Source of the DNA: Candidatus Caldarchaeum sp.
Lineage (GTDB): Archaea > Thermoproteota > Nitrososphaeria_A > Caldarchaeales > Caldarchaeaceae
Direction of reading: 5' to 3'
Length of the DNA stretch: 64,000 bases
Assembly (NCBI GenBank): GCA_038885755.1
Contig: JAVZZH010000001.1
Coordinates: 64,001-128,000 of the forward strand
Shown here: positions 1 to 9,656 of the stretch, one piece after another
Layout of the letters: every line of letters starts with the position of its first letter
Position numbering within the stretch: position 1 is the first letter of the stretch
Notes under the pieces: model-generated
Databases searched by the model: none
Told to the model about the DNA's origin: nothing
Seen by the model: only the letters and a program-made list of their open reading frames with translations
Program-made: the position numbers and the translations under genes

Positions 1-441
1 TCATGTACCTTGCTTACGCTGGGATGCTAGAGCGCTTCCTAGGAAGCGTCTCAGCTCCTCAGCCCGAGCCGAATACTCCCCAATCCTTTTCGTCAAGCTT
101 TCGAGGACTGCTTGGAGGTTCTGGCTCCGCTTGGTCAACAGTTGCTGGGAGTCGTCCAAGGCCTTGACCGCGTAAACGCCTGCACCTATGTTCACCGTCA
201 CCTTCTCCAAGGACTCGAGGCTAGCTTCGGCGAATGCCCCGGCCCCGAGAGGAACCATCACACGCATCTTCCCGCCTGATTTTTTCATCTCTTCAAGGAG
301 CCTGACCGCCTCCTCATGCTCCACGAGTGAACGCTGGACAGCCAGAACCCTGGCCTGAAGCTCGGCAACAAGTCTATCAATTAACTGAAGCTCTTCCAGC
401 GCTTGCGTGATTTCAGCCTCAGACATGCTGTACAGCATCAA
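1..441 (-). CDS. pfdA: Prefoldin alpha subunit (start probably ATG at 426)
   Basis: Coiled coil / VMVPLGAGAF..VTVNIGAGVY beta hairpins / coiled coil; lies downstream of eif6 as in archaeal operons. Confidence 0.92.
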   Translation of the reverse strand: MMLYSMSEAEITQALEELQLIDRLVAELQARVLAVQRSLVEHEEAVRLLEEMKKSGGKMRVMVPLGAGAFAEASLESLEKVTVNIGAGVYAVKALDDSQQLLTKRSQNLQAVLESLTKRIGEYSARAEELRRFLGSALASQRKQGT

Positions 442-460
442 TAAACAGCCGTTAATAACG

Positions 461-1129
461 TCATCGCTGGAAAACTCTCGTAATCGTCATCAGCTCCGGG
501 CCCGTGGTTCTGGCCCCAGCTACAACCCCCCACGAGTTGGCCACGATGCTGCTTCTCAGGAAGCGAACGCCTCCGTTGACCGTGCCGTGCTCTGCTTCCA
601 CCTTCAAAACATTCTTGACAAGATCCATCTCTTCATCCGCTGCATCCAGATGAACGAGGGCGCCCACGTTCGTGGCCACAGCGAGCGAGCCTAGGTAGGT
701 TCTTCCGGCGATAGTTGCAGGAGCAGCTTCAACCCCGAGCACCTCACCTATGGTCTTGACCGCAGCCCGTCCTAGAACCGGGCTGACCAAAGCTCCTCGG
801 TCGTTGCACAGGATTAGGTTTCCTACCGCCGTATGCTTGGAGGCTAGCTTGAGTATGTTGAGGTCCTTCAAGCTTCTCTTAATCGTCTCGAGCTCGTTGT
901 CTAGAGTCAGGCACGTCAGTACTAGGCCGTTGGAGTTTCCCGCGGCGAACGGGGACAGAAGGATGCTGTCGGAAAGCGATACGGGAACGGTCTCGGCGTT
1001 CAACACCTCTTCGAAGACACGGATCTTCGAAGGGTTGACATGCTTCGAGACCAAGACATACCTGTCTGTCGGGACTGCGAAAAGCCCGACCTCAGCCGAG
1101 CCGAGGACCGTTTCCAGACGTATCTGCAT
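461..1129 (-). CDS. eif6: Translation initiation factor 6 (aIF6)
   Basis: GNSNG, GNLILCND, GTVNGG and TTGPEL pentein repeats; adjacent to rpl31e. Confidence 0.95.
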   Translation of the reverse strand: MQIRLETVLGSAEVGLFAVPTDRYVLVSKHVNPSKIRVFEEVLNAETVPVSLSDSILLSPFAAGNSNGLVLTCLTLDNELETIKRSLKDLNILKLASKHTAVGNLILCNDRGALVSPVLGRAAVKTIGEVLGVEAAPATIAGRTYLGSLAVATNVGALVHLDAADEEMDLVKNVLKVEAEHGTVNGGVRFLRSSIVANSWGVVAGARTTGPELMTITRVFQR

Positions 1130-1140
1130 ACGGGGCTACC

Positions 1141-1446
1141 CTACTCCCGCTTCTCCTCCTCCCCCTTCTCACCCTCAAGCCTAACAACTACAGTCTCATC
1201 GTCCTCCTGCTCCAAAACAATCTTTATCCTTCTAGGAGGGTTCTGCCTGCCGTTCATCCATATCCGCTCGACCACTTTGGGCGAAAGCTTGACTCTCTCG
1301 GCTTTAGAATGTCTTTGGACAAACTCCCTCAGCAGGCGGACGGCTGCGTCCGCCCTCCTCAGCCTCGAGGCCTTCCACGCGTCGTCGAGGGGAACGGTGT
1401 AAGCCCTGACGCCTTCCTGACTCAACTCGTCTCCGACTCCAAACAT
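1141..1446 (-). CDS. rpl31e: 50S ribosomal protein L31e
   Basis: YTVPL..RRADAAVRLLREFV.RH..IW.NG..NPPRRI motif. Confidence 0.95.
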   Translation of the reverse strand: MFGVGDELSQEGVRAYTVPLDDAWKASRLRRADAAVRLLREFVQRHSKAERVKLSPKVVERIWMNGRQNPPRRIKIVLEQEDDETVVVRLEGEKGEEEKRE

Positions 1447-1505
1447 CCATGGTTTAAACCTATCCTCAGAAACACAAATAGCACCCGCTCACAAAGGTTT
1501 GGAGG

Positions 1506-1973
1506 ATGTCCGAAGACGTCGTGAAGGCCTTGGAGGCTGAGAAGAAGGAGCTGATGGAAAGCCTGATGTATGCACGAGCTGAGCTGGCCAACCTACGGCG
1601 GTTGATGGAGAACGAGATAAAGAGGAGCGAGTCGGCTGCTGTGGAGAGGATTGTGAAAAAGCTTCTGCCGCTCTACGAGGATTTTGAAAGAGTTGTGAAG
1701 GGCTTGGAAACCGAGCCGGTCGGCCCTGCTGTAAGCGAGGCTGTTAAGATGCTCTTCAAAGAGCTGGAAAACATACTTGCGTCGGAAGGTGTTGAGAGAA
1801 TGGATGTGGTGGGGAAAGAGTTCAACCCATTCGACCACGAAGCGGTTGAGTTTGTCGAAAGCAGCGACGCAACAGTGGAAACGGTCGTCGAAACAATCTC
1901 GCCGGGCTACAGGCTGCACGGCAAGGTGTTGAAACCGCCCAAGGTCAGGGTCGCGAAGCCAAAGCCACCCTGA
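1506..1973 (+). CDS. grpE: Nucleotide exchange factor GrpE
   Basis: AELANLRR, FNPFDHEAV, GYRLHGKVLKP motifs; upstream of dnaK. Confidence 0.95.
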   Translation: MSEDVVKALEAEKKELMESLMYARAELANLRRLMENEIKRSESAAVERIVKKLLPLYEDFERVVKGLETEPVGPAVSEAVKMLFKELENILASEGVERMDVVGKEFNPFDHEAVEFVESSDATVETVVETISPGYRLHGKVLKPPKVRVAKPKPP

Positions 1974-2062
1974 CGCAGTCCTTCAGCGTTTTTCGGACGC
2001 ATTAGATTTTAATTCCAGCTTAGAATGCAAAACATTAGGATACTTCAAGAGGTGTTCGAGAC

Positions 2063-3844
2063 ATGGCTGAGAAGATAATAGGCATAGACTTGGGTACAAG
2101 CAACTCGGCGGCAGCTGTCGTGATAGCTGGAAGACCGACGATAATCCCCTCTGTCGAAGGTGTGACGCTTTACGGGAAGGCTTTTCCGTCATACGTCGCC
2201 ATGACGAAGGAGGGCGAGCTGATAGTCGGAGAGCCTGCTAGACGACAAGCCGTGCTAAACCCCGAGGGAACAATCACCGCTTGGAAGAGGAAGATGGGCT
2301 CGGACCATAAGTTCGTCCTGCACGGCAAGGAGTTCACGCCTCAGCAGCTGTCCGCCTTCCTCCTCCAGAAGATAAAGAAGGATGCCGAGGCTTATCTCGG
2401 CGAGCCTGTCAAGAAAGCTGTCATCACGGTTCCCGCCTACTTCAACGACAATCAGAGGCAGGCCACTAAGGACGCTGGCGCGATAGCTGGGCTTGAGGTG
2501 GTGAGGATTATCAACGAGCCTACCGCTGCGGCGCTGGCTTACGGGCTCAACAAGCTGGACCAAGAGATGAAGATCCTCGTCTTCGACCTCGGAGGAGGAA
2601 CGCTCGACGTCACTATCATGGAGTTTGGTCAGGGGGTTTTCGAGGTCAAGGCGACGTCTGGCGATACTCAGCTGGGTGGGACAGACATGGACAAGGCTCT
2701 CGTCGACTACATAGTCGAAAGCTATCGGCGGGAGTCGGGGTTGGACCTGAGGAAAGACCCTTCAGCTATGAACCGTGTTAGGGAGGCGGCTGAGAGAGCC
2801 AAGATAGAGCTATCATCGATGACCGAGACCGAGATAAACCTGCCTTACATAGCCTACGACTCCTCGGGGCCGAAGAACCTGTACATGCGCATCACTAGGG
2901 CGACCTTGGAAAACTTGGTCAGGCCCATCATCGAGAGATGCAGAAACCCCATCAACCAAGCTCTGCAGGACGCCAAGCTACAGCCAAGCGACATCGACAA
3001 AATCATACTCGTGGGAGGGCCGACGCGCATGCCCATAGTACAGGAATTCATCAAAGAGGTTTTGGGTAAGGAGCCTGAGAGAGGCGTTGACCCGATGGAA
3101 TGCGTCGCCATGGGAGCGGCCATTCAGGGAGCGATACTGGCTGGCGAGATGAAGGACAAGGACATAGTCCTGCTCGACGTGGTGCCCATATCGCTAGGCG
3201 TCGAGACACTAGGAGGAATCTTCACGAAGATCATCGACCGCAACACAACCATACCGATACGCAAAAGCGAGATATTCACAACAGCCGCAGACTTCCAGAC
3301 AAGCGTCGAGATTCATGTACTGCAGGGCGAGAGACCCATGGCGGCTGACAACGTCTCCCTAGGAAGGTTCACGCTTTCAGGAATTCCTCCAGCTCCGAAA
3401 GGAGTTCCTAAGATCGAGGTCACCTTCGACATCAACGCCGACGGCATACTCACCGTCACGGCCAAAGACTTGGGCACGGGCAAGGATGTAAGCATCAAGA
3501 TAACCGCACCGCACCGGTTGTCGAAGGAGGAGATCGACAGGATGATTAGGGAGGCGGAGCAGTTCGCTGAGCAGGACAGGAGGAGGAAGCAGGAGGCTGA
3601 GCTGAGGAACGAGGCTGACGCCATAATCTACGCCGTCGAAAAGTCTGTCAACGAGCTGGGCGACAAGATTCCCGCCGACACCAAGAAGGAGGTCGAAGAG
3701 CATGTCAAGAAGCTCCGGGAAGCGTTGGCTGGAAAGGATGTGTCGGCGATAAAGGACGCGTTGGAGAAGCTTAAGAAGACCGCTCAAAAGATAGGCGGCG
3801 CTGTCTACGGTGAGGGCGGAGCCGGCAAGGAGCCCAAGGGCTAG
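2063..3844 (+). CDS. dnaK: Molecular chaperone DnaK (Hsp70)
   Basis: [31 protein letters not shown] and linker DIVLLDV motifs. Confidence 0.99.
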   Translation: MAEKIIGIDLGTSNSAAAVVIAGRPTIIPSVEGVTLYGKAFPSYVAMTKEGELIVGEPARRQAVLNPEGTITAWKRKMGSDHKFVLHGKEFTPQQLSAFLLQKIKKDAEAYLGEPVKKAVITVPAYFNDNQRQATKDAGAIAGLEVVRIINEPTAAALAYGLNKLDQEMKILVFDLGGGTLDVTIMEFGQGVFEVKATSGDTQLGGTDMDKALVDYIVESYRRESGLDLRKDPSAMNRVREAAERAKIELSSMTETEINLPYIAYDSSGPKNLYMRITRATLENLVRPIIERCRNPINQALQDAKLQPSDIDKIILVGGPTRMPIVQEFIKEVLGKEPERGVDPMECVAMGAAIQGAILAGEMKDKDIVLLDVVPISLGVETLGGIFTKIIDRNTTIPIRKSEIFTTAADFQTSVEIHVLQGERPMAADNVSLGRFTLSGIPPAPKGVPKIEVTFDINADGILTVTAKDLGTGKDVSIKITAPHRLSKEEIDRMIREAEQFAEQDRRRKQEAELRNEADAIIYAVEKSVNELGDKIPADTKKEVEEHVKKLREALAGKDVSAIKDALEKLKKTAQKIGGAVYGEGGAGKEPKG

Positions 3845-3846
3845 CT

Positions 3847-4959
3847 ATGCCAGCTGACGGGAAAGACTACTACGAGATTCTCGGCGTTCCAAGGAACGCG
3901 ACTAAGGACGAGATAAAGAGAGCCTACAGGAAACTAGCCCTCCAGTACCATCCCGACCGGAACAAGTCTCCGGACGCTGAGGAGAAGTTTAAAGAGATAA
4001 GCGAAGCCTACGCGGTCTTGGTTGACGACGAGAAGAGAAAACTTTACGACATGTACGGGCGAGCAGGCGTCTCTCAGACCTACAGCAAGGAGGACCTTTT
4101 CAGCTCCACGTGGGTTGACTTCGACGAATTGTTCAGAGACCTCGGGCTCGGCGGGTTTGACTCGATATTCGAGAGGTTCTTCGGGTTCGGCAGAAAGCCT
4201 AGGTCGCCGTCTCCAACATACGTCGACGCCGAGATTAGCCTAAGGGAGGCTCTGCGCGGTGGAAGGACAGAGATACCCATAACAACAACCCAGACATGCG
4301 AACGGTGCGGCGGGTCAGGCGGGGAGCCCGGCCACGTTGAAAAATGCAGTGTGTGCAACGGGACGGGGCAGAGGGTTGAAAGGGTTCAGACGGGCTTCAT
4401 GTACTTCACGTCGGTCACAACCTGCGGCAAGTGCCGTGGCTCGGGCACGGTTGTCAAGAAAGCCTGCTCAGCCTGCAGGGGGGCTGGTGTCGTCGAGAAG
4501 ACTGAGAGGCTGGTTGTCGAAATACCGGCGGGGGTGGCGGACAACGACTCAGTCGTCATACGTGGTAAAGGCCTCTACGACCAGTCCGCTGGAAGAAGAG
4601 GAGACCTTGTGATCCGTTTCAGGCTGAAGCTGGGTAAGCATTTCAGCTTGAACGAAGACAGGCTCGTGATGCACCTGCCCGTGTCCCCGAGCGAGCTTGC
4701 CTTAGGCAGAGAAATAGAGGTCAGCTCCTTCGACGGCCCGCTTAGAATCAGGCTGAGGACTGACAACCTAGACACGCCCATAATACTTAGGGGGCGTGGG
4801 CTTCCGATGAGGAACGGAAAACGCGGCGACCTTGAGGTCAGGCTGAAGCTGGTCCTCCCCAAGGACGTTAGCCGCGACCAGCTGAGGATTTACGGCGAGC
4901 TTCTGCCCTACGAGTCCCGGCGAATGGATGAGGAGAGGAGCCGTCTCTTCTCAAACTAA
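3847..4959 (+). CDS. dnaJ: Class A chaperone DnaJ
   Basis: J domain with HPD, G/F-rich region, four CxxCxGxG repeats. Confidence 0.97.
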   Translation: MPADGKDYYEILGVPRNATKDEIKRAYRKLALQYHPDRNKSPDAEEKFKEISEAYAVLVDDEKRKLYDMYGRAGVSQTYSKEDLFSSTWVDFDELFRDLGLGGFDSIFERFFGFGRKPRSPSPTYVDAEISLREALRGGRTEIPITTTQTCERCGGSGGEPGHVEKCSVCNGTGQRVERVQTGFMYFTSVTTCGKCRGSGTVVKKACSACRGAGVVEKTERLVVEIPAGVADNDSVVIRGKGLYDQSAGRRGDLVIRFRLKLGKHFSLNEDRLVMHLPVSPSELALGREIEVSSFDGPLRIRLRTDNLDTPIILRGRGLPMRNGKRGDLEVRLKLVLPKDVSRDQLRIYGELLPYESRRMDEERSRLFSN

Positions 4960-5329
4960 TTCTCTCGACGTACATCAGTGGATACTTAATCCGTCTGACT
5001 TGCTTCATCCTCGCTGAGACCACTGCTTGACCGTATGCAACCTCCACCTTCACATCCAAGTCCTCAGGAGAAACCGAGCCATACCTGTACAACCCGCCCC
5101 TCCTAACCCGTGGCCTTATCCTGACTTTCAGCCTCTTCCTGTAGGGCTGGAGCCGGAAGCTCGCCTCGACCGCCCTCTCCAGAAGTCGTCTAACATCGCC
5201 TGCCACCGGAAATCCCGCGACGGAGTGGACTATTGAGCCTAGAGCTATGCCGGCCTCAAACACAGCTCTCTCCCTATCCGTGAAGTCCTTCGGGAAGAAC
5301 CCCCGCACCACTCTCTCGACGCCGTCCAT
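4868..5329 (-). CDS. mptD: Archaeal dihydroneopterin aldolase (MptD family)
   Basis: [16 protein letters not shown]...GFPV, QPY and YPLMY motifs. Confidence 0.8.
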   Translation of the reverse strand: MDGVERVVRGFFPKDFTDRERAVFEAGIALGSIVHSVAGFPVAGDVRRLLERAVEASFRLQPYRKRLKVRIRPRVRRGGLYRYGSVSPEDLDVKVEVAYGQAVVSARMKQVRRIKYPLMYVERISLRRDGSSPHPFAGTRRAEARRKSSAGRG

Positions 5330-5405
5330 AACACCGTATAAGCCGCCGGCTCTCTATTTGTTTTTACAGGAGAAAAGGTATTTAGAAACGTCTTAAGGGA
5401 CGGAG

Positions 5406-5822
5406 ATGATGGACGCTGTGCAGCGTTTCACCGAAGCCTACGAGCAGGCTAGACAGTCGCCCACCGACGACAACATACTCAAGCTGCTGGAGTCCCTTCT
5501 GCCGTTCTCACCTCCGGGCTTGGAGTGGGGTCTGGAGGTGGCCAGCATCGCAGGCATAACCTACATTCTAGAGGGAGGTAGGGCGGTGGCAGTAAGGGTC
5601 TCGAGGGACGAGTTCGGCCCGTTCATGCAGACATCCGTGGCGGAGATACCTGTATCATCCATACCTTCGTCAGCTCTCCGAGAGGTCAGGAACGTCGAGG
5701 CCTTCATGCGGAGAATAACCTCCCACCTCAGGGAATGGGTCAGTAGGATGCCGGCCGGCGACAGCAGAAGAACGGCCGTTGAAACGCTTCTCAGAGCAGT
5801 CTCTCAGGCTGGTGAAAGATGA
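5406..5822 (+). CDS. Hypothetical protein
   Basis: 138 aa; upstream TATA-like TATTTA and GGAG; 4-nt overlap with next gene. Confidence 0.7.
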   Translation: MMDAVQRFTEAYEQARQSPTDDNILKLLESLLPFSPPGLEWGLEVASIAGITYILEGGRAVAVRVSRDEFGPFMQTSVAEIPVSSIPSSALREVRNVEAFMRRITSHLREWVSRMPAGDSRRTAVETLLRAVSQAGER

Positions 5823-6088
5823 TAGAGAGGGTCTACGTCGACAGCGTTGAGGGAGACTATCCTTTCAGGGTTTTCCGAGGCCATGTCGTGTGGAGGAGTA
5901 TGAGCGTCCGGTTTGAGGGCGTTGTCTACCAGAGCGTAGGCGGGCCCAACGTGCGGGCATTCGTAGTCGATGAGGATGTTGAAAATTTAAAACGGGGCGG
6001 TGTTTCCGAGAAGGAGGTAGCCGAGCTGGAGCTCGAGCTTCAGCAGAAAATCATCCACGGCGAGGTTGAGCTGGATGGAGACAGATGA
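5819..6088 (+). CDS. Hypothetical protein
   Basis: 89 aa; GGTGA ribosome-binding site; ATGA overlap with previous gene. Confidence 0.65.
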   Translation: MIERVYVDSVEGDYPFRVFRGHVVWRSMSVRFEGVVYQSVGGPNVRAFVVDEDVENLKRGGVSEKEVAELELELQQKIIHGEVELDGDR

Positions 6089-6488
6089 GGTCGTCAACAC
6101 CATAAAGGTTTCTCTCGAGTTTTCCAAGAACGGGTTGGTCGACGAAGTCCTCGAGCTCCATCATCAAGACTACACTCGGTTCAGCGACCTGCCTCCGTTC
6201 AGGCTTCAAACCCGGGACGAGGCCCTCAAGCTCAAGCTCAGCCTGATGACCGAGCTGGTTGATTTTGAATACTGGATGACGGAGCCGAAGGTGGTTATAA
6301 TGGGAGAAGTGGCCCTAGCGGTCTTCACGATGCGGTACAGAGGCATGGCCGTCAACAGCTACGCTTTCGAGGGTCGGATGGTCGATGCAGCTGTGCGGTG
6401 CAGCGTTGTCCTGAAGAGGGTTGGGAGAATCTGGAAGATACTGCACGAACATGTTTCGCGAGTTCCTGAAGGCTTTTCAGCGGATTAA
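6066..6488 (+). CDS. SnoaL/NTF2-like (DUF4440-type) protein
   Basis: C-terminal VRCSVVLKRVGRIWKILHEHVS typical of NTF2-like folds. Confidence 0.8.
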   Translation: MSWMETDEVVNTIKVSLEFSKNGLVDEVLELHHQDYTRFSDLPPFRLQTRDEALKLKLSLMTELVDFEYWMTEPKVVIMGEVALAVFTMRYRGMAVNSYAFEGRMVDAAVRCSVVLKRVGRIWKILHEHVSRVPEGFSAD

Positions 6489-6923
6489 ACTCACAACCTC
6501 GGGAGGAGTTTTACCCAGCTCTATGTATCCTCTCAGGGTTTTCGCAAGCTCGTAAGCATAGTGCAGGCCCGCGGGAGGACCGTCTAAGCCGTAGAAAACC
6601 CCCTTACCCCTAACGTAGTAGAGGTTTTCACCACCTTCGACCGCCTTACAACGATGCTTTAAATTTTCAGCGTCAGACAGCTGGTGCAGCTCGAACACAG
6701 GCTCTTCACCAGTCTTGCAAACCACTAAAACCCAGTGCTTCCCCGCCGACGGCTCAGGCATCATGCCCTCCGTAGAGCTCAGAACATCGGGGCCGCGGAG
6801 CCCAACCCGCATCACACCACATCTTCTGCAACGCCACGCCTCCACAACCTTGACGAGCTCCGTGTTCATGTAGATGTTTAGGGCTCCGTGGTAGACGTAG
6901 TCATGGGACTCCTCGCAGCTCAA
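6477..6923 (-). CDS. Hypothetical protein, putative Zn-binding
   Basis: CxxxH ... CRRC motif; co-oriented with neighbours. Confidence 0.65.
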   Translation of the reverse strand: MSCEESHDYVYHGALNIYMNTELVKVVEAWRCRRCGVMRVGLRGPDVLSSTEGMMPEPSAGKHWVLVVCKTGEEPVFELHQLSDAENLKHRCKAVEGGENLYYVRGKGVFYGLDGPPAGLHYAYELAKTLRGYIELGKTPPEVVSLIR

Positions 6924-6926
6924 GCC

Positions 6927-7589
6927 CTAGCCCTGCTTCTTCAGAATCACAGTCTCTCCCTTGTAAAGGCTTTTGAAACTCTCGGCGTCTTTTTCAGAAC
7001 CGACTATCGTGCCGTAATGCATCGGTATGGCTACTGCTGGCTTTATCAGGTTAGCTGCTTCAACAGCCTCCGACGCCGTCATCACATAAGTTCCGCTGAC
7101 CGGCAGGAGCGCCACGTCAGCCTTCACCTCCTTCATCTCCGGTATGAAGTCGGTGTCTCCCGCATGGTAGATCGACACGTCTCCCACGGAGATGACGTAG
7201 CCTACCCCGCCGTACTCACGGGGATGGAAGACCTTGCCAGGCTCCCGGAACTTGTTGACGTTATAGGCGGGAACCGCCTTGACTCTGATGTTGTCGATGA
7301 CCACCGTCTCGCCCGGCGAGACGTATCTGACGCTGCCCTTACCGAGCTTCTTCAACTCGTGTTCACAGTTCCTAGCCGCCACTATGACTGTCTTGTCGGT
7401 AGTTATTTTCCGCAGGTCGTCTAGACTCAAGTGGTCGAAATGGTCGTGAGTTATCAAAACCAGGTCTGCCGCCGGTCCTGAAGATATTTTATACGGGTCT
7501 ATGTAGATCGTTTTGTCTCTTTTAATCAGGTAGCTGTCGTGGCCGAGCCAGGTTATTTCAACGTCCCTGTATCTGTATGTCATCTCCAT
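6927..7589 (-). CDS. MBL-fold metallo-hydrolase (UlaG/Lactamase_B_3-like)
   Basis: WLGH, IDPY, THDHFDH, YHAGDT, IPMHYG motifs. Confidence 0.92.
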   Translation of the reverse strand: MEMTYRYRDVEITWLGHDSYLIKRDKTIYIDPYKISSGPAADLVLITHDHFDHLSLDDLRKITTDKTVIVAARNCEHELKKLGKGSVRYVSPGETVVIDNIRVKAVPAYNVNKFREPGKVFHPREYGGVGYVISVGDVSIYHAGDTDFIPEMKEVKADVALLPVSGTYVMTASEAVEAANLIKPAVAIPMHYGTIVGSEKDAESFKSLYKGETVILKKQG

Positions 7590-7888
7590 CCATATGTGAT
7601 GCGTGTCTTTAAACTTTTTCGTGGAATCATCGCCTCCAGAACCCTTCTCGACAACAACTCAAGCCTCTTCTCCAGCAGGTCGCTCCCCATGAATAGAAGG
7701 TTGTACGTGCTGAACATCGCTGAAAACCTAACCTCCGCTCTGTTGTCAGAAAGCTTGATGGAGAGAACCTCTCCAAGCCTGCAAAACTCATTCCTACATC
7801 GAGCTTTAACAACCCCGTCTCCATCCTTGGCGAAAGTCAAGTCGTCGACGTTTTCCACCTCAGCCCCGCAGACACACCTAAGCTTCAC
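7580..7888 (-). CDS. Hypothetical protein, putative Zn-binding
   Basis: CVC..G and CRNEFC motifs; overlaps MBL gene start. Confidence 0.6.
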   Translation of the reverse strand: MKLRCVCGAEVENVDDLTFAKDGDGVVKARCRNEFCRLGEVLSIKLSDNRAEVRFSAMFSTYNLLFMGSDLLEKRLELLSRRVLEAMIPRKSLKTRITYGWR

Positions 7889-7926
7889 AGGTCAAACATA
7901 AATCATAAAGCCTCTATTTTACCTCC

Positions 7927-8661
7927 GTGATAGACGTCCACTGCCACCTAACCGAGGAGCCTCTGTACAGCAGTCTGGGCAGGGTTCTCGACGAAGCAAG
8001 GTCTTCGAATGTTGCTGCCGTCATATCGTCGGGCATAGGTTTCGAGGATTGTTTAAAGGTTTTGGAGATAGCGGACAACAGATACGTGCATGCCTCGTTG
8101 GGCGTTGAGCCTTATGCGCTTGACAACTACGAAAAAGTCGTGGAGCTGATTGAGGAGAACAGGCATAGAATAGTTGCGGTCGGCGAGGTGGGGCTTGACT
8201 ACTACTGGGGAGCTAGGGAGAGCCGGGAGCTTCAGATGAGAGTTTTCAGAGAGTTCATAGAGTTGGCCGCAAGGCACGACCTTCCGCTGGTTGTTCATTC
8301 CCGGAGCGCCGGCCGATACGCCCTAGATGTTTTGATCGAGGCTCGGGCGGAGAGAGTTGTGATGCATGCTTTCGACGGCTCAGCGTCTGAGGCTGTACGA
8401 GGGGCTTCGAAAGGCTACTTCTTCTCCATACCTCCGTCCATCGTACGGTCTGAGCAGAAGCAGAAGCTGGTGAGCAGAGTAGGGCTGGAAAACCTGCTGC
8501 TGGAGAGCGACGCCCCCGTTTTAGGGCCTGAAAGGGGAGTGGTCAACACGCCGGCCAACATAAGGATATCCGCTGAAAGAATATCCAGCATAAAGAAAAT
8601 ATCTTTCGAGAAAGTGGTTGAGACGACTTCCGAAAACGCTAGAAACATTTTTAAGATTTGA
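7927..8661 (+). CDS. tatD: TatD family nuclease
   Basis: IDVHCH, GEVGLD, VVHSR, MHAF and LLESDAP motifs. Confidence 0.95.
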   Translation: MIDVHCHLTEEPLYSSLGRVLDEARSSNVAAVISSGIGFEDCLKVLEIADNRYVHASLGVEPYALDNYEKVVELIEENRHRIVAVGEVGLDYYWGARESRELQMRVFREFIELAARHDLPLVVHSRSAGRYALDVLIEARAERVVMHAFDGSASEAVRGASKGYFFSIPPSIVRSEQKQKLVSRVGLENLLLESDAPVLGPERGVVNTPANIRISAERISSIKKISFEKVVETTSENARNIFKI

Positions 8662-8684
8662 CTTGAGGCGTAGGTGGAAAAGGC

Positions 8685-9656
8685 TTGACGAAGATACATC
8701 ATCTTCCATGGGTTGAGAAATACAGGCCCATGAAACTCGACGACGTGGTCAACCAGGACGAGGTTATAGCTGCGTTGAAGAATATCGTGGCATCGAAAAA
8801 CGTTCCTCACATGCTGTTCACGGGACCTCCGGGCACAGGCAAAACAGCCACAGCCCACGCATTCGCCTGCGAGCTCTTCGGGCCGAGGTACATCGAGGAC
8901 GGGTTGTTCATGGAGATCAACACCTCTGACGAGAGAGGGATCGAGACGATTAGAGAACGGGTTAAGACTTTCGCCAGAACCGTGCCCATGAGCGGTGCGG
9001 AGTTTCGAATCCTCCTGCTGGATGAAAGCGACCAGCTAACGGACGCGGCTCAGCACGCCTTCAGGAGGACGATGGAGCAGTTCTCCACAACATGCAGGTT
9101 CATACTAGCGGCCAACTACAGCAACAGGATAATTGAACCGATCCAGTCTAGGTGCGCGGTTTTACGGTTCAAGCCGCTTTCGCTGGAGAGCGTCAGCAAG
9201 ATGCTGAAGAAGATAGCGGAGGCAGAGAATTTTCAGCTGGACGAGGAAGCCGTCAAGGCAATATTCGACTTCTCGCTGGGCGACATGAGAAAGGCCATCA
9301 ACATACTCCAGTCGGCTTCAGCGCTGTCCAAGAAAGTAGATGAAAAAACCGTATACCAGGTGATGGGCTATGTCAGCAGGGGAGAGGTTAGACGGATGCT
9401 CGAGCTGGCTTTGGACGGTAAGTTCCTCGAAGCTCGTGAAGTGCTTAGAAACCTGATATACGTTCAGGGACACCAACCCCAAGACCTGGTATCTTCGTTG
9501 TCGAGGGAGATACCGTTGTTGCAGGTCTCTGAAGCAGACAAGGTGCGTCTGGTCGAGTTTTTGGGGGAGACAGACTACCGCATATCCGAGGGCGGCACAC
9601 CCGAGGTACAGCTGCTGGCTTTCCTAGCGAAGCTTACTGTCATGAAAAGAGCATGA
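8685..9656 (+). CDS. rfcS: Replication factor C small subunit
   Basis: PWVEKYRP, GPPGTGKT, LLDESD, SRC, GDMRKAIN; no intein. Confidence 0.97.
   Translation: MTKIHHLPWVEKYRPMKLDDVVNQDEVIAALKNIVASKNVPHMLFTGPPGTGKTATAHAFACELFGPRYIEDGLFMEINTSDERGIETIRERVKTFARTVPMSGAEFRILLLDESDQLTDAAQHAFRRTMEQFSTTCRFILAANYSNRIIEPIQSRCAVLRFKPLSLESVSKMLKKIAEAENFQLDEEAVKAIFDFSLGDMRKAINILQSASALSKKVDEKTVYQVMGYVSRGEVRRMLELALDGKFLEAREVLRNLIYVQGHQPQDLVSSLSREIPLLQVSEADKVRLVEFLGETDYRISEGGTPEVQLLAFLAKLTVMKRA

Noticed and set aside
1974-2062. CIRCE-type heat-shock operator before dnaK
   Set aside because: No TTAGCACTC-N9-GAGTGCTAA match; only a TATA-like TTTTAAT is visible
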